DNA of 64,000 nt from Paragordius varius (lineage: Eukaryota > Animalia > Nematomorpha), in contig OZ176054.1 of assembly GCA_964247055.1 (NCBI GenBank), forward strand, positions 9,362,001 through 9,426,000, in the 5' to 3' direction. This document shows positions 25,366-39,735 of the stretch, one piece after another; position 1 is the stretch's first letter, and each line of letters starts with the position of its first letter. A program made the translations under genes and the position numbers. The notes below the pieces were generated by a model. The model was not told the DNA's origin. It did no database searches and saw only the letters and a list, made by a program, of their open reading frames with translations.

Positions 25366-25890
25366 GCTACCTCATAATAGTTCATAAAAAATATACTGAC
25401 AAAATAATTAGTGCGAAAGAAAAATTTATCAGTATTCTCATGGTACTTCTAGATTTCAACCATATGCGTCAGTTAAAATAATAACCGTTTTATTCTTTAT
25501 TAAAAAATCATTTTCATAATGCCAAATAATTTTGTGGAAGAAATCTCCATTTTGTATTTAAAACAAAAATATTTATATTAGCCTTCAAATGTCTCGAAAA
25601 TCTCACTTCCCTCCGCTAAAATCGGCTAAATTTTTCAATGAAAGCAAAAGAGGCGGGATCGAGCGATAATTTTATTATAAGCTAAATCATGATATCTAAA
25701 TCATTTTTGAAAAAAGCATACCTTACTTTGAAATTTAAATTAAGTTAAAATTATGGTGAAGGGTATATTGTATTTTAGAGCATAATGTTATGAAATAGCA
25801 ACACTTTTTCTCCATAAATTGATTAATTAAATTATTTTTCGTTTTTTTAAAAATAATTAATTTGAAGACGAATTTTTTAATATTTTAGGT

Positions 25891-26203
25891 CAGTGGTTTC
25901 GTAAAGGGGGGGGGGGGAATTAGGAAAACTACTTTAATATCTTATAAAATATGATTTTTCTATATTTAATAAGTAGTTATAGAATTCAAATTAAATTATC
26001 AGCATTGGTTCTATTAATCAATAAAAAAATTTAATGTTATTGAATTATCAAGATTTGTCCCCGATATGGAAAATATAACACAGATACAAGAATATCATTT
26101 ATTATGATTATTATAATAAAATATTTTGCATTTTTTGTTTTTTGGGAGGGGGGGGGGGCAATACTTTTTATTATGGTGGGGAGTTAAAAAAGGAAATCCA
26201 CTG
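25891..26203. mobile_element. hAT-type MITE with internal poly-G tracts
   Basis: Ends CAGTGGTTTC / GAAATCCACTG, flanks TTTTAGGT / TTTTAGAC (6/8 identical, nnnTAnnn). Confidence 0.65.
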
Positions 26204-26274
26204 TTTTAGACGATAAAAATCTCTAAAAAATCCAAAGTATTTGCATTATTTTAAAGTGGATTTTAAACATTTGA

Positions 26275-26517
26275 ATTAGGAACACAAATGGCTTCGTGCG
26301 CCGCATTCGAAAAATATATACATAAATTTTTTGTTGCACTTAAAATTTGAGACTGAAAACTTATAAAGACAATATAACCATATTTCATCAATTTTCTTAA
26401 TTGGTAGCAGAATTTGAGATATTCAGAAATTTTCTAAGAAATATGAATTTGGTTATGATTTTGCATAGCATTTTTTATTTATGGATATCTTGGAAGGCCC
26501 CGTGTGGGATACACCAG
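26275..26517 (+). mobile_element. hAT (Buster-like) MITE, degenerate copy
   Basis: AACACAAATGGCTTCGTGCGCCGCATT...TGGAAGGCCCCGTGTGGGATACACC, the same family as 39400. Confidence 0.55.
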
Positions 26518-27258
26518 TTTTAGAGTCTTAATTCGGAGAGTACTTAAATCCATTTGAAACCAGCAGCTATAAAATTTATAATTATTATAAATTTGCTGCC
26601 AGAATAAAATCTAAGGTTTAACTAAAACTCCGCCCATGGCTCCTTTCCGAACTTTTGTCGCCCGCAAAAGATTTAAAAAAAATTGAACAATATCAAAATT
26701 TTATAATTGCAAGCAAAAATATTGCTTTACGAAATCTCATTAAAATTAGGATTTATATTAATTAGTAATTTGTCTCTAAATTTTTATTTTTATATATGCT
26801 TAATTTTTTAAGACAATGAATATCTGTTGCTTATTTATAATACCATTTATTGATTGATAAAATTAATTTTTAAACTATGCAAAAAATATTTTTATCCTTA
26901 AAGTTTTATAGGTTCTGGTATAAATTACATTTTAATTCCTGCAGCCCGAAATGCCATTTATGTGGAACAATTGAACCAACTGTAACAAATAAATATTTTT
27001 CTCAAAAAATGTAATGTTAGATACTTATATTTGAGTCATAATACCTTGTAAATTTTCCTATAATATTTTTATTCATATTTTTAAATATTTGCCACCATAC
27101 GTAATCTTTATATAATTAAAAGGATAATAAATTGTTAACATTTATATAAATCACCAAAATTTGGAAGCGCCAAAAAATTTATCCCTATTTTTTTGGCCAA
27201 TAAATATGTAAAACGTAGCTGCTAATACACATATGAGTTACACAAACACATAAAACAC

Positions 27259-29604
27259 ATGTCTCAAGAAGGATTTTACGCTAAGAGCTCTGGTTTTTTA
27301 ATATTTTGAATTATAGCGGCTAAGCGTTTGATGAGAGAAGCTGAAGAATTACACAAGGCAACTTTTTTATTTTATGCTCAACCGATTGAAGTAAAATTTG
27401 TCTTATTTTCCATAATATTTTATATAAGATGTAATATAATTATTGTTGACTTATAGGATAACCTGTATGAATGGCATTTTACTATACGTGGTCCAAAAGA
27501 TTCCGAATTTGAAAATGGGTTTTATCATGGACGAATATTGGTACCAAATGATTATCCAATGAAACCTCTTAATATTATTATATTAACAGTATAATTTTTT
27601 ATAAATATATATATAAATGTTAAGTTTTATATATATATATATATATTAATTAGCCAAATGGGAGATTTGAAACAAACAAAAAAATTTGCCTCAGCATATC
27701 AGGCTATCATCCTGAAACCTGGCAACCATCGTGGTCAAGTATAAATAAATTTTTTTTAATGTTACAAACGAAATTTTTATATCCAAATCTAATTGCTGTA
27801 TATTATAAAGTAAAACTTTACAGAATTTTTTTTATATTAATTAATTTTAACAGCATAATACAGTCACAGAACCTAAAGAATGGCTTGTCGGCACTTGTAT
27901 TTTTTAAATTATAGGGTTTGAAAAGTTTGTTTGTTATGGATCGGTACCTATTTAATATTAAAAATAGTTATTTCGATAAATCGACTTTAATTGAGAAAAT
28001 TAACTTTGACATGTTAATATCTATTATTATAAAACACAAAATAAAATTAAGGAATTTTTAAATAATATTTATTGATTATAAGCTTATAAGGAATAGTTTA
28101 TACTAACTCATTGGCTGCCCTAAGCAGGCGAGGGAAAAGCTTTTATGGTCTAATAACTTTATAAATTCAGGAATATATATAATTTGCGATATATCATTTT
28201 TACATACTTAGTTAGAACTGCGCTATTAGCCTTGATCGGATTTATGCCAACACATGGGGGTGGATCTATCGGATCTCTCGATTACACACCCGAGGAAAGA
28301 AAAAAATTAGCATTAAAGTTTGGCTTTTTAAAAATTTATCAATTAGATATGTGTGTATAATTTTATATTTGATGACAACAACGTTTTAGATCGCGTGAAT
28401 GGACATGTCCTGAATGCGGAAAAATCCGAAATTTGCTCCTTGATAACGAAAATAATGATGAAGAAAGTACGCAACATGATGAGGCGGAGGCTAAAGAATT
28501 GGCTACTCAATACACGCTTAAAGTAAATAATTTCATTATTTATTAAATTAAAACAATTGTCAGCTATTGAATATATATAATAAAAGAAATTATAAAGACG
28601 AAAAACTAAAAGACAAATTTTTTTTAAAAGAGCATTCATACTTTTTTAACCCTTGATCTTCCCACATAAATTATTTATATAATTATAATTTTGAATTATA
28701 TAATTGAGCATTTTAACATTTTATATGTTTATACTCTATTTGATAACCCAAAATGATGAGTTAAATTTAAAAATTAAGGTTTTAAATATTTCTCTTTAAA
28801 ACTTTACACAATTTTCTGCATAATTTTCATTCTTACTGCATTTAATTTTTACTCCTTATACTAGCCAAGTGATAATGTAAGCTTAGAGGAAACGACAAAA
28901 CCCACAAATGGAACGCATCAAAATTCCCCTGATAATACATCCAATTTTAAAAAGGTTCCCCTCACAAATACGAATACCGAATCCAACGTGACACCCACAA
29001 AAAGCAATAACATATCCCCCCAAAATAAGGAATCCTTACTTTCTACCAGTCAACGTTTACTCGGACGCCTAGGCACTGATAGTCCAAGTCATGCTATGTT
29101 AACTCGTCGCATAGCTCTCATGCGAAAAACCGATTTTGATCAAATGCCGGACAACACTTCTGAAATATCCGATGTAACAACAACAAGCAAACCGGTCACT
29201 TTAGTTACAAATAGAGACGGTATTATTTTTCTCTAAAAAAATTTATTAATCAAAACAAATAGACTTGAACCATTAACAAATAATATCAATCAATATATTT
29301 TATAGCATGTATTATTACTTTATGCTTATACTTAATATATATATATATATATATAGCTGAAACTACACCCTCCCCACAATGCAATAACCGTGAAAATATC
29401 GATAGAACCATGAATAATTCCACCAATCTTAATTCTGCCACATCAGGAGTACAATCAAACAATAATAGTAGTTATAATAGACTTCTAATGAACATTTGTA
29501 TGTTGTTTCTCACGGTCCTTTTGGCTTTTCTAATACTTAGACGCATTTATTTAGCTAATGAATGGCGCTTTCATATAGACGATGATGACACCAATGAATT
29601 TTAG
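27259..29604 (+). CDS. UBE2J1: Ubiquitin-conjugating enzyme E2 J1 (tail-anchored ERAD E2), 8 exons: 27259-27292, 27317-27390, 27457-27588, 27654-27738, 28212-28317, 28390-28522, 28865-29219, 29357-29604
   Basis: AKRLMREA, AQPIE|DNLYEWHFTIRGP, GFYHGRI, PNGRFETNKKICLSISGYHPETWQPSWSIRTALLALIGFMPT (catalytic Cys), GSLDYTPEERKKLA, EAKELATQ, and a C-terminal TM segment followed by RRIYLANE. Confidence 0.95.
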
Positions 29605-30374
29605 CGTTTATTGATGATTATTAGAATGCGAACCTTTGTTTAGCTAAAATATATTTTTACCTTTATTCTATATATATATATATATATATATACATGGGTT
29701 TTATACACACAAGTATATACAATAGTTTATTCAAAATAAATTAACATATGTGATTAATGTTTGGATTATTAGATTAAAAAAAATAGTCGTTTGGTATATG
29801 TGATATTAAGTTAAAGGTTGATTGTAGGCACACGAGATAAATGCCAAATTCTGTGGAAATAATCAAATTAATAAGTTTGCTAGTTTGATTCTATTTAATT
29901 TTTTTAAAAAACATATATTCTATTTTGTGGTAAGGGCAAATTATCATATTTGATTGGATAATTTTTTAAAAATATGAAATTATTGCTTAATTTAAAAAAT
30001 TATTAAGCCCTTTATAAATTATTTCAGATCTCCAATGGCAGTGTGTAGATAAAAATATTATTTTAGTCATAAAGAATCATAATTATATAATTTAAAAAAT
30101 TTTTTTCCAAATGAATATATTTCCTGCTTAACAAATACATGATCCAACAAAATTGCGCATTTTAAACCCAAAAAATCTGTTTTTTAAATAATTTTGAGGG
30201 TTTAAACAAATTATATTTCATTTATTCGGCCTATAATCCATACAATTACCGCATATTATTACTTTATATTTTTTATTGTTTTACCAGGTACTATGCTTTA
30301 ATCCTTTATTGCATTTCTTATGATTTGTTTTCTTTTACTAATCATTTTTTGGATATATAATTTAGTAACTGTAG

Positions 30375-30416
<42 letters not shown>

Positions 30417-30871
30417 CATGGAGGAAACCGGAACAATGAGCTTTATAACCATTTTGGAACCAAAAACAAAGACACGTGTTTATTATATCGAAACCTTGAT
30501 TCCAAACGATTATAACATAATTTTTATTTGAAGCTTAAACTTTGGCTGAACTTTCCAGCTGTTTAGAACCTGTTTAGGTTTTCTGGTTTTCGAGTCTAAC
30601 TTTTATTTCAATATTTATTAACAAATGAATTCTGTTTGTATATAATTGCAAGTTTTGTTTTAACATTCCGAAAGTCAATTGCCATGAAATAAGGAGCTGA
30701 AAAATTCCACTTTAAAACCAAAAGGCAAAATTCCCCCATTACTAATAATATTAATCCGTAATGTATAACTTATTTCACAAGTCGCATTTTCGATTAAAAA
30801 AATTTCATTATTTATTAAAAATAATGTTTTCGAATGAAATTTTTGTTATTATTTAATTACACTTTATAGAG

Positions 30872-31158
30872 CAGGGGTGGCCAACACGCGGCCCTTTCAA
30901 ATGCTTCTGCAACCTCAGAAAAAATTTTAATGTATTACGAAATTTAAGTAAAACTAATTTGCTTAAACAAATTTATTAAATAAATCTTTCCGAATTTTGC
31001 ACAGGGCCAGCAAAAATTGTTGAAATAAAAAGTAGTTTTTACAGTCTTATCTATAAAATGTAATAAAATTTTTGGCCTATATATTATTTAAATGCAGCCC
31101 TTCGGATTTTTTCATCCGAAAATGCGGCCCGGTGTGCCATCTGCGTTGGACACTCCTG
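30872..31158. mobile_element. hAT (Buster-like) MITE
   Basis: TIRs CAGGGGTGGCCAAC / GTTGGACACTCCTG, flanks TTATAGAG / CTATAGAA (6/8). Confidence 0.8.
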
Positions 31159-34100
31159 CTATAGAAGGATTATGAGAACATTTTTGACTTTTCGATAAAA
31201 TGCAATTCACCAAGGAATAAAAATATGTCCATAATTGTTGATTTAATAAATACAATAATGTAGTATTTAGCATAATGTTAAGGCTCGCACATAATTTTAC
31301 ATAATATAAATTAGTATTCTATGACTGTCTTATAATGTAGTAATTTAATTATTTATTACATGTAAAATTTTTCCTATTTATACTAATAAGATATGGAGAC
31401 ATTTCTTTGACAGGAAATTAATTATCCATATATTTTATAATATTATGGACATTTTTTCGAAATTCTCATTGGCAATGTTGTCTTAATATAATTTGTAGGT
31501 TGGATCAATACAAAACTGCAATGAAAGATGTTCATTATCATTATGGTATTGTCAGCCTTTTTTAGCTGGGTGTCCATGAAAGGGTGGGTCTACCCGGTCG
31601 ATAATGTTTGACCGTGTGAGCCGCTTATAAAAATAGCAGTCAAAAGCTTAACATGTGTATTATAAAATTAATATCTAAGTTATAGTATTAATGTAAAATG
31701 TGCATACATTTCTAAATATGTAACATTGAAATACCATCTCAAACTTTTGTCCGCCATTTTTTTATGTTTATGGCATAATATAAAATCATACTATGTTTTG
31801 ATTGTCAAGTGTTTTGTTTCAGTGCTATGCAAGTTACAAAACTGTAAACATATAATTTATAAGTATTTTTAATAGTCATATAGCGAAAATATTTCGAATG
31901 ATGAATCTAAAAGTAAAAAGTTATGGATGGATTGTACCCTATATAATTCAAAGATAAGTGTTAACATGCATATAAACAAAATTACATAAAAATTTTTATA
32001 TATAATGAATCCTAGAAGTAGTAAAATTATTACACCATAAAATGTTTTATACTATAAAAATTTGTTAAAATGGGTTATATCCATTAGAAATAAAATCTTT
32101 TTCCAGCTGACCTGATAAGCTCATCAATGGAATTAAACGTGCGGGCGATAGTTTAATGTACACATATCATCTTAAACTGAGCCTAGCGCCATCGACTCTG
32201 TTTCGATTTAGCGACACTACAGGGCTTTTTATAAGTTTTTGTAGATATTTCCATCATTCTTAAACATATTTTTTTAAATGACTCTTCCATATACATTTTT
32301 TATATGGTAAAACAACTGTGTATGATGCGACTGTAGAAAATTAATTGAGATAATTATAACTCTTTTATTTATTATGAAAGGCTTATAAAGCTAAAATTTG
32401 CAAACCAAAAATATTAAGCAGTATTTTTATATTTATTAATTTTTAATAGGGGTATTACGCACAAAAGTATCCAAATTTAAGATCAAAGAAATTTTTATTC
32501 ACCAAAGATAACCCCCTTTTATAATCTTTTATCATATTTTTAATTGTGTGATAGCAACTTTGTATTGTATATAAACAATTGCGTCTATTATTTTTTGATG
32601 TGAAAAATGGTGTATGCCGAAAGCACTATACCGAAATGAAAGTTCTATCCAACAAAAAAATGGAGTACAAATAAAAATGCGGCAAAATAATTACTTTGAT
32701 CATTAAATAAACGAAATATGAACGATATGACGGTAAGTGGCCACCACCGAAACTTTTGATAGAAACCATTCACAACAATTTTAGCATCCATCTTTTTTTT
32801 CATGCAGACATGGGAAAACCATTTTCCTTTATAAATTATAAAAAAAATAAAAGACAAAACCACAATCGGAGAATGCTAAAGCTTTATACTAAAACACAAA
32901 ATATTAACATTTGCGTTGCGACATTCATATTTTTCAAAAAAAGAACGTTTTTTAATTTACTGAATAACCTGCATTAAATTTAATATATTTATGTGTATAA
33001 ATTGGGGTCAAATTTGATAATTATTTCCCATCATACTTTTAACAAATTTCATACATATAAAATATTTTTATCACTCCAATCTTAAATCAAACATTTATTA
33101 GTAAAATCAAACAATTAAGGACATGCTTTTATCAATGTATAAAGCTCAGATAGGCCTTATATAGTGCATAATTAGGGGTCTATATATATATATATATATA
33201 TATAATAAAATTGTATGTCATTTTACGAAATATATATTATATATATAATCCTGTCAAACAGGGCTAGAGTTTTTAATATAAATGTATTCAACTTGACACT
33301 GTGAGCGAATTTTGATACATGCTAGAAAAACAAGGTGCAAAAATTACAAATTTAATTGCGTTAGGGATCAAAAAGAATATTTTTTATAATATTATCCTTT
33401 AAAGGTTTTTTTAGATTTACCGTCAAATTTTTCAGCCAAATTTAAGCTCTCTACTCCGAAATTGGTTATGATACGGAAGATCAGCAACGTAAAATATCGA
33501 TAACTTGAGGCCACTCTCATAATTAGGATACTCTACATTGCACGAAAATGAATTTTTAATCTAAAGAAAGAATAGAATACATAAAACATTCATAATGACA
33601 TTTTTCAAAATCTAAAAAAGCCAATCGCCAATACCCAACAATCTTTTTATGTAAAAATTAGTACTGTATTGGGGAAAAAGCTCATTGGGTAACATCTTTA
33701 CATCGAAAATGAACTAAAAAGGAGTAACAGTTCATACCATTTTTTTTAGTTTATTTATTTTTAAATATTAAAGAAAAAACGACTTGAATAAAACGCAGAT
33801 GATATGTGAACATCTCTCTCTATGGTTATCGGATGCCAGCCACTGTATGAAAATAAAAGATAACGTTATTTGTACCACATACATTCGATTACTGTTCAGT
33901 ATAGCCAATATCGAGATGATTGATTCCGGTTTTCAGGATACATAACTTCTTTTATCAAAAGTCTTGGTCGATTTAAATTTTTAAGCCAAATGTGCATAAA
34001 GATTTAATAAACAATTACACATTAGCTCTTCTGATAAATTGCAAGTTAACCAAAATTAACCTTAAATTACACTAGACAATAATTCTGCCACTCGAGTCTT

Positions 34101-35392
34101 TTGCATTTTCTGATATTCACCATAATGTTAACAGTAAATCTGAAATAAAAATTATAACTCCACCTAAGACTGTAGTATAATTTGATTTTTTTGATTATGC
34201 GCCCTCTTTATCAAAGTTTTACTAAAACTGTTTTACTTTGAAAATATACAAAAAATGCCCATTAATATATCATTCAAAAGAGAAATAAAAACTCTATAAA
34301 ATGCGTACTAATATGTTTTACATCGATAATTAATATTGAATATTAAAGAGCACGCGCGAAGCGAAAGCGTTTTTCTTAATTTATATATTTTAAAAAATAA
34401 TGGATGAAAATAGCTCAAATTTTGTCTGGTCATGAATGTCCAAAAAAGATAACACAAGAAAGTTTTTTTGATTAAAACATTTTTTATTGCGCACTCAAAA
34501 CAGCCATTTTTAAGTTTTTTGTTTTTAAAATTACTATCTCATCAATATTATTCTATTTTCTTTACGAGATTTATAATTTCAAAATCTTAAAAACAAAATC
34601 TATTAAGGTATTTTTGATCTTTTATAGCCATTATGTAATAAATTTACAGTTATAACTATGCATTTTATTATTCACTAAGTAAAAAAATTATGATAATGAT
34701 AATGATAATTTTTATTAAAAAGTAAACCAAAAGCTTTTTAAAAATTTTTTATAAATTAAATACTAATATAACCCTAATAAATATATTAAAATAATTTATA
34801 AGATTTTTAAATTAGTTTTGTGAAAATTTTTGACTTATTTAAGGGATTTTTTGACCATATACTAAATAACGTTTACATCCGATTGATTTAAATGCTTTAC
34901 TACCATTTAAATGATAAAGTTTTTCGCACTCTTTCGAATGATATAAAATACATGGCTTCATAACTAAAACTTTTAATTTTCAAATTTTCGAGTTTAATGT
35001 TAAATTGGGGTCAAAACTCTAATATAAAAAATTATTTTTGTGTTAGACTAATTTTCTTTCCAGATATACTATTTATGTAGTTTAATGAAATAAATTTTAT
35101 ATTTACAAGAATGGCAGTTAAAAGAAGTCAAAATTTGTTGTCTAGTGTTATTGTTTAAAGCGATATGCAGCGATCCATTATTGGCCGTTTCAGTTTTTTA
35201 ATTTTTTTGAAAAATGATTTAATTTACATGTTGTTGGTTTGTAAAAAATTATTATTATTTTATATAAATATATTGAAATTGTGGAGAAAAATATATGCCT
35301 GTTCATGATGAATTACAATGTTAGCAATAATTTTTAATGTATAATGTAAATAAAATTTATTGCATACCAATAAATCTCTTTTTTTGCCAAAT

Positions 35393-35700
35393 TACAACAC
35401 ATTCATTTCAGTCGTTCGATTCAAATTGGGGTAGTTAGGTACCCCAGGCTTGTTTTAATATTTCAAAAAAATATGGAATAAATTAAAACCATCGCAAAAA
35501 TTTGCACTTATATAACATTAATGAACCGAAAAATAAATTCATTTAAAAATACTTGATATACCAGAGGTAAAACCCAAAGATTAAACAGTTAGTATTACAT
35601 GTGTCTAGGTTAATACAATAATGCAAATTACCATTTTTCTGTTTATATCGATGTTAAATGTGATTTTAATAAAAATGTACACTTACTTTTAGGCTTGGAA
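35393..35700 (-). mobile_element. piggyBac-like MITE, partial copy in reverse orientation
   Basis: CAACACATTCATTTCAG-TCGTTCGATTCAAATTGGGGTAGTTAGGTACCCCAGGC... is the reverse complement of the right part of the 58752 copy. Confidence 0.7.
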
Positions 35701-38700
35701 TATTTACACTATCCAAAAATTTCTAATAATAAATCTCATTGCTGTGCATTTTTGGATTTTAGATTTAAAAAATTTTACTATTTTTATTAACATGCTATAA
35801 CAGCTATATGAATCCGCATATGAATTTGAATCCACTTCATGAGAAGAAGTAAATTATCAGTATTTTAAATGACTGATATATTTAGTTTACATGTCAGTAG
35901 CTATATTTGAGATTATTTTTATTAACACATCTTTGAAAACTGGGAAGAAAATACAGATTTATTTACTAAAGAAAAATTTCATACATACTGACATGTAAAA
36001 ATACCCGTTTAACCATTCAAAATACCGAAATGGTTTATAATTGCTCTCGTTACTGTATAGCATTATACTTGTTGATGTTAGGGCTAGCCGATGGTATGGA
36101 AACTAACACATACTTGAACAATATTGCGTATAAATGAAAAAAAAATAATATGGTTAATGAAAATTAGGATATTATAATATAATATTTTTTTAGGTTGATG
36201 GATGTGATACACGAATTTTGGCAATTGTATACCAAATTTGACCCAAAATTTTTGGTGAAAAACCTTGAATATTTTTCAAACTTTTAGCTTTGTTTGAAGT
36301 TTTTTTGATCATCATTTGTAAACAGAGAATAAGAAATGATAATAATGAGAAAAATAAAATACCGAAGCGCAACAAAAAAATTATTATACATTTTATCATC
36401 TCTAATGTAATGATAGTTTTTACCATCGTTATTGTAATTATTATACAATAATATTGTTACCATTTTAGACGGATCTATTAAAAGATGAAAGAAAATTGCG
36501 ATTTTAGAAAGTTTGCAATTTTTTATGCCCTTTGAAGTTTTTTCTTTGTTAAGTTATGCGTGGGTATTAGACAATACCACCATAATAAAACGAAAAAAAT
36601 AATAAAATAATATATTTTTCGTTATTTGTTGCAAGCCAAAATTCATATATTTATAGGGAATTTTTTATCTAATTTATGTATCCTAAAAATTGGCAATCAG
36701 AAAAGTTTTATTATAAAATTTTAATTTAATATTTACTAACATAAAGATTGATTTAATTTATTGAATGTCACCCCATTGCCCTAATATCTATCCAAATTAA
36801 ACACCAATTATTCCAATAATCCTATTCACTTATTAACATGGTAATTTTATTTTTATTTACAATTTTAAAAAACATTTCCTCTTAAAATGTTTTTCTTTTA
36901 AATTTAATTTTTGGATAGGTTGCTACCGTAATATGTTTGTTTAACAGTTTTTTAGCAAAATTATATAATGCAATATAATTTATATTTGGATTTATTTTTC
37001 AAAGAGCTTTTTGAGAGATGTATACGTTATGATGATAGATATCATTTTTCTTTGATAAACGTAGAAAGATATATTATTAAGATTCAATGACGACTATACA
37101 TTTAATATCATTAGCAAAGATTTTCTTTCTTTGACACTATTTTTTTTCCTTAATCTAATTTATTGTTTTCAATAATAATAATAATAATATTAATATAGAA
37201 AATGTTGTTGAAATATATATATTATCTAAAAATCTGAGATTATACTGTATTTTAAATTTTTTTATAAAATTTGCTAGTGATTAGAATACATACCTATATT
37301 TATTAGTGAAAAAAAGTATAGATAGATGAGAAACTTTTGATAAAACCAGTTAAAAAAATTTTAACAGTTCTCAGAATTGGGTGAAATGTTCAATATATTA
37401 GGGGGGCTCAAAAAAATTGATCAGAATATTTTATTAACCTTTTTAATCATATTGCGCATTTCTTTCGAACCATAAAAAACTTTAAAAAATTTGTAATTCC
37501 CTGTTTAAAACCTAGTTACCACATTAATTTTGCCTTTTTACAAAAATATATAGATATATATAAATATATTTAAAGCCAAAATTATAAAAATATCTATATA
37601 TATCTATGTATATGCTTAAATTGCGCTTATAAAACCGCAGATAATGCACGTTCAAAGCAAACACAAACTATAAGGGGGGACTGCCTACTACTATGTTTCT
37701 AACTAAAAATCATTGTAATAAAATTTATACATACTCATATAATATATATATATATATATATATATAATAAATCGTGAAAAAATCTATAAATCTCTTTGGA
37801 TAATAAAAAATAATTTTGTGGTTTGCAACCAACAAATTTTTTTATTACGTTCAAAATTATAATTTAACTAAACTAAATCAACCATATTATATAAGAAATC
37901 TATATGCATAGAAAAATGTTTTGATGGCACTATCGCGCACAATCCACTCCGGTTATATTGAAAGTCTATAATTATATTCTGATCGTTTTATTCCGTATAT
38001 AAAGTAACTTTTTTAGCTTACCCAAAATTTTAAAAATAAGGTAGCCCCTACAATATTTTCAATATCCACAAATTTTTATTTGGTTTTATTTTAAATGATG
38101 AACTTTAAAACTAATTATTTTTGTGAAACAAACCATATATTGTTATTTGCCATAATTGCTGATATAAATGAACAAAATTTATAAAATTTGAATTCGTAAG
38201 GATAGGGTGCTCAATTTAATATATAGGTTTAATTTAACTCAAATAAATAAGAACAATCGAGTCTGAAAAGTAAAATTTTAGAGAATGTACTTTTTCTATC
38301 TGTCGTAGAATCAAAATATTATTAAAAGGGATTTTAACATGGATCCTATTTATAAGTATAATCACCATATATTGAGATTCAGGGGCCACGTTAATTTATA
38401 AATTTCATATAAACATGTATATACAAAATTTGTTTTTGTGACATGTATCATTACAAAAACGGGTGTCCAACACGAGGGTCTCTGAGATATTTTGTGTGGC
38501 CCATAAAATTTTGCTTAGAAAATTGATATTTTTTAAACATTTTCTGTAAAGTCGTTCCAAAGTTTATAATTCCTACGTTTAAAATGGAATTTTAACCATA
38601 ATTTATTAATTTTTCACACGGTACTTTATATTTGTACAATTTTAAAGTTATTATAAAATTCTTATTTTTATGCAAATTTGACCATTTATATTTTTATAAC

Positions 38701-39399
38701 CATTAAAAAATTTATTTCTTTATAGTTTATAGTTATGGTAAATACATTCTTAAATGTTTAATTTATGGACCTGAATTACATATATATATATATATATATG
38801 CACCTTTAGTTTGTTTAAAACAGTTTTTCTTGAAAATGTTTAAAAACTCGTAAATTATCTATATATATATATATATAACAATCAATGGTAAAATATTTTT
38901 GCCATATAAAGTAAATATACTTTTTTATATTAGAAAAAAAGTTCATTCATTTTTTCCAAAAAAATACTGTGTAAATATTTCGTTCGACATTTTTGAAAGT
39001 GTCAATTATAATCTCGTTAAATTATAATTTGTGTTTGTCATCATTATATGTTATACCAGTAAATTAAACACTGACTGTTAAATTATCCGTTTATTCGTTT
39101 ACTATCTCGATTTTATTAAATTTTCTTAGTTAATTTGGATAAATATGAAGAAATATTTTAAAACTTATTAGATTTAAATTATATCAAATATTTCAAAAAT
39201 AAATTATAAGAGCTAAAACTACAAATTAAAGTACCATTATAAAAATTAATATTATAATTTGATGGTAAATGCCAGGGTTCTGTCTGCCCATTAAAAATCA
39301 ATCGATTAACACAGAGAGTTACCCCGATTATGTTTGCCATCAACAATATAAATCTAATAAATGGTGTGTTTTTCGAGCTATTAATAATATCATTTAAGT

Positions 39400-39735
39400 C
39401 AGGGGTGTCCAACACAAATGGCTTCGCTGGCCGCATTTTCGACTCTAAAAATTCGGCAGAGGCCACATATCAGTGGGGGGGGATTAATATATTTATTATT
39501 AACGTTAAACATAGGAGTGTGAAAAAAATGACAAATAAATATATAACTACCATTTATTTCAGTTATTTTCATTGGTAATAAGAAAGAGTTACTCAGAATT
39601 CGTTTAAAAAATGTCAATTTTACTAGGATTTTGTAAACATATTTGGAATTTTTATTTTGGTAATTTTCGGAATTTGTCGCAGGCCGCTCAAAATATCTCT
39701 AAGGGCCGCATGCGACCCGAGTGCTGGACACTCTG
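39400..39735 (+). mobile_element. hAT (Buster-like) MITE
   Basis: TIRs CAGGGGTGTCCAAC / GCTGGACACTCTG, flanks ATTTAAGT / ATTTAAAT (7/8, nnnTAnnn). Confidence 0.82.

Noticed and set aside
28318-28346. Possible 29-nt intron in UBE2J1
   Set aside because: That acceptor leads to an in-frame stop. The 72-nt intron (28318-28389) restores homology, which preserves the 26-58-nt gap.
33790-33960. Minus-strand YVVQITL...CSHIICVLF, reminiscent of a SWIM-type zinc-finger end from a transposon ORF
   Set aside because: The upstream Cys residues are missing and the flanks have stops; too weak to call.
36190-36510. Protein-like snippets (LMDVIHEFWQLYTKFDPKFL; TDLLKDERKLRF) after AG-rich acceptor-like sites
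   Set aside because: Both end in stops without usable donors, and no homology is recognised.
39179-39617. Three overlapping ORFs around 39.2-39.6 kb
   Set aside because: They span the end of the 39400 hAT MITE and AT-rich flank, with no coherent protein.
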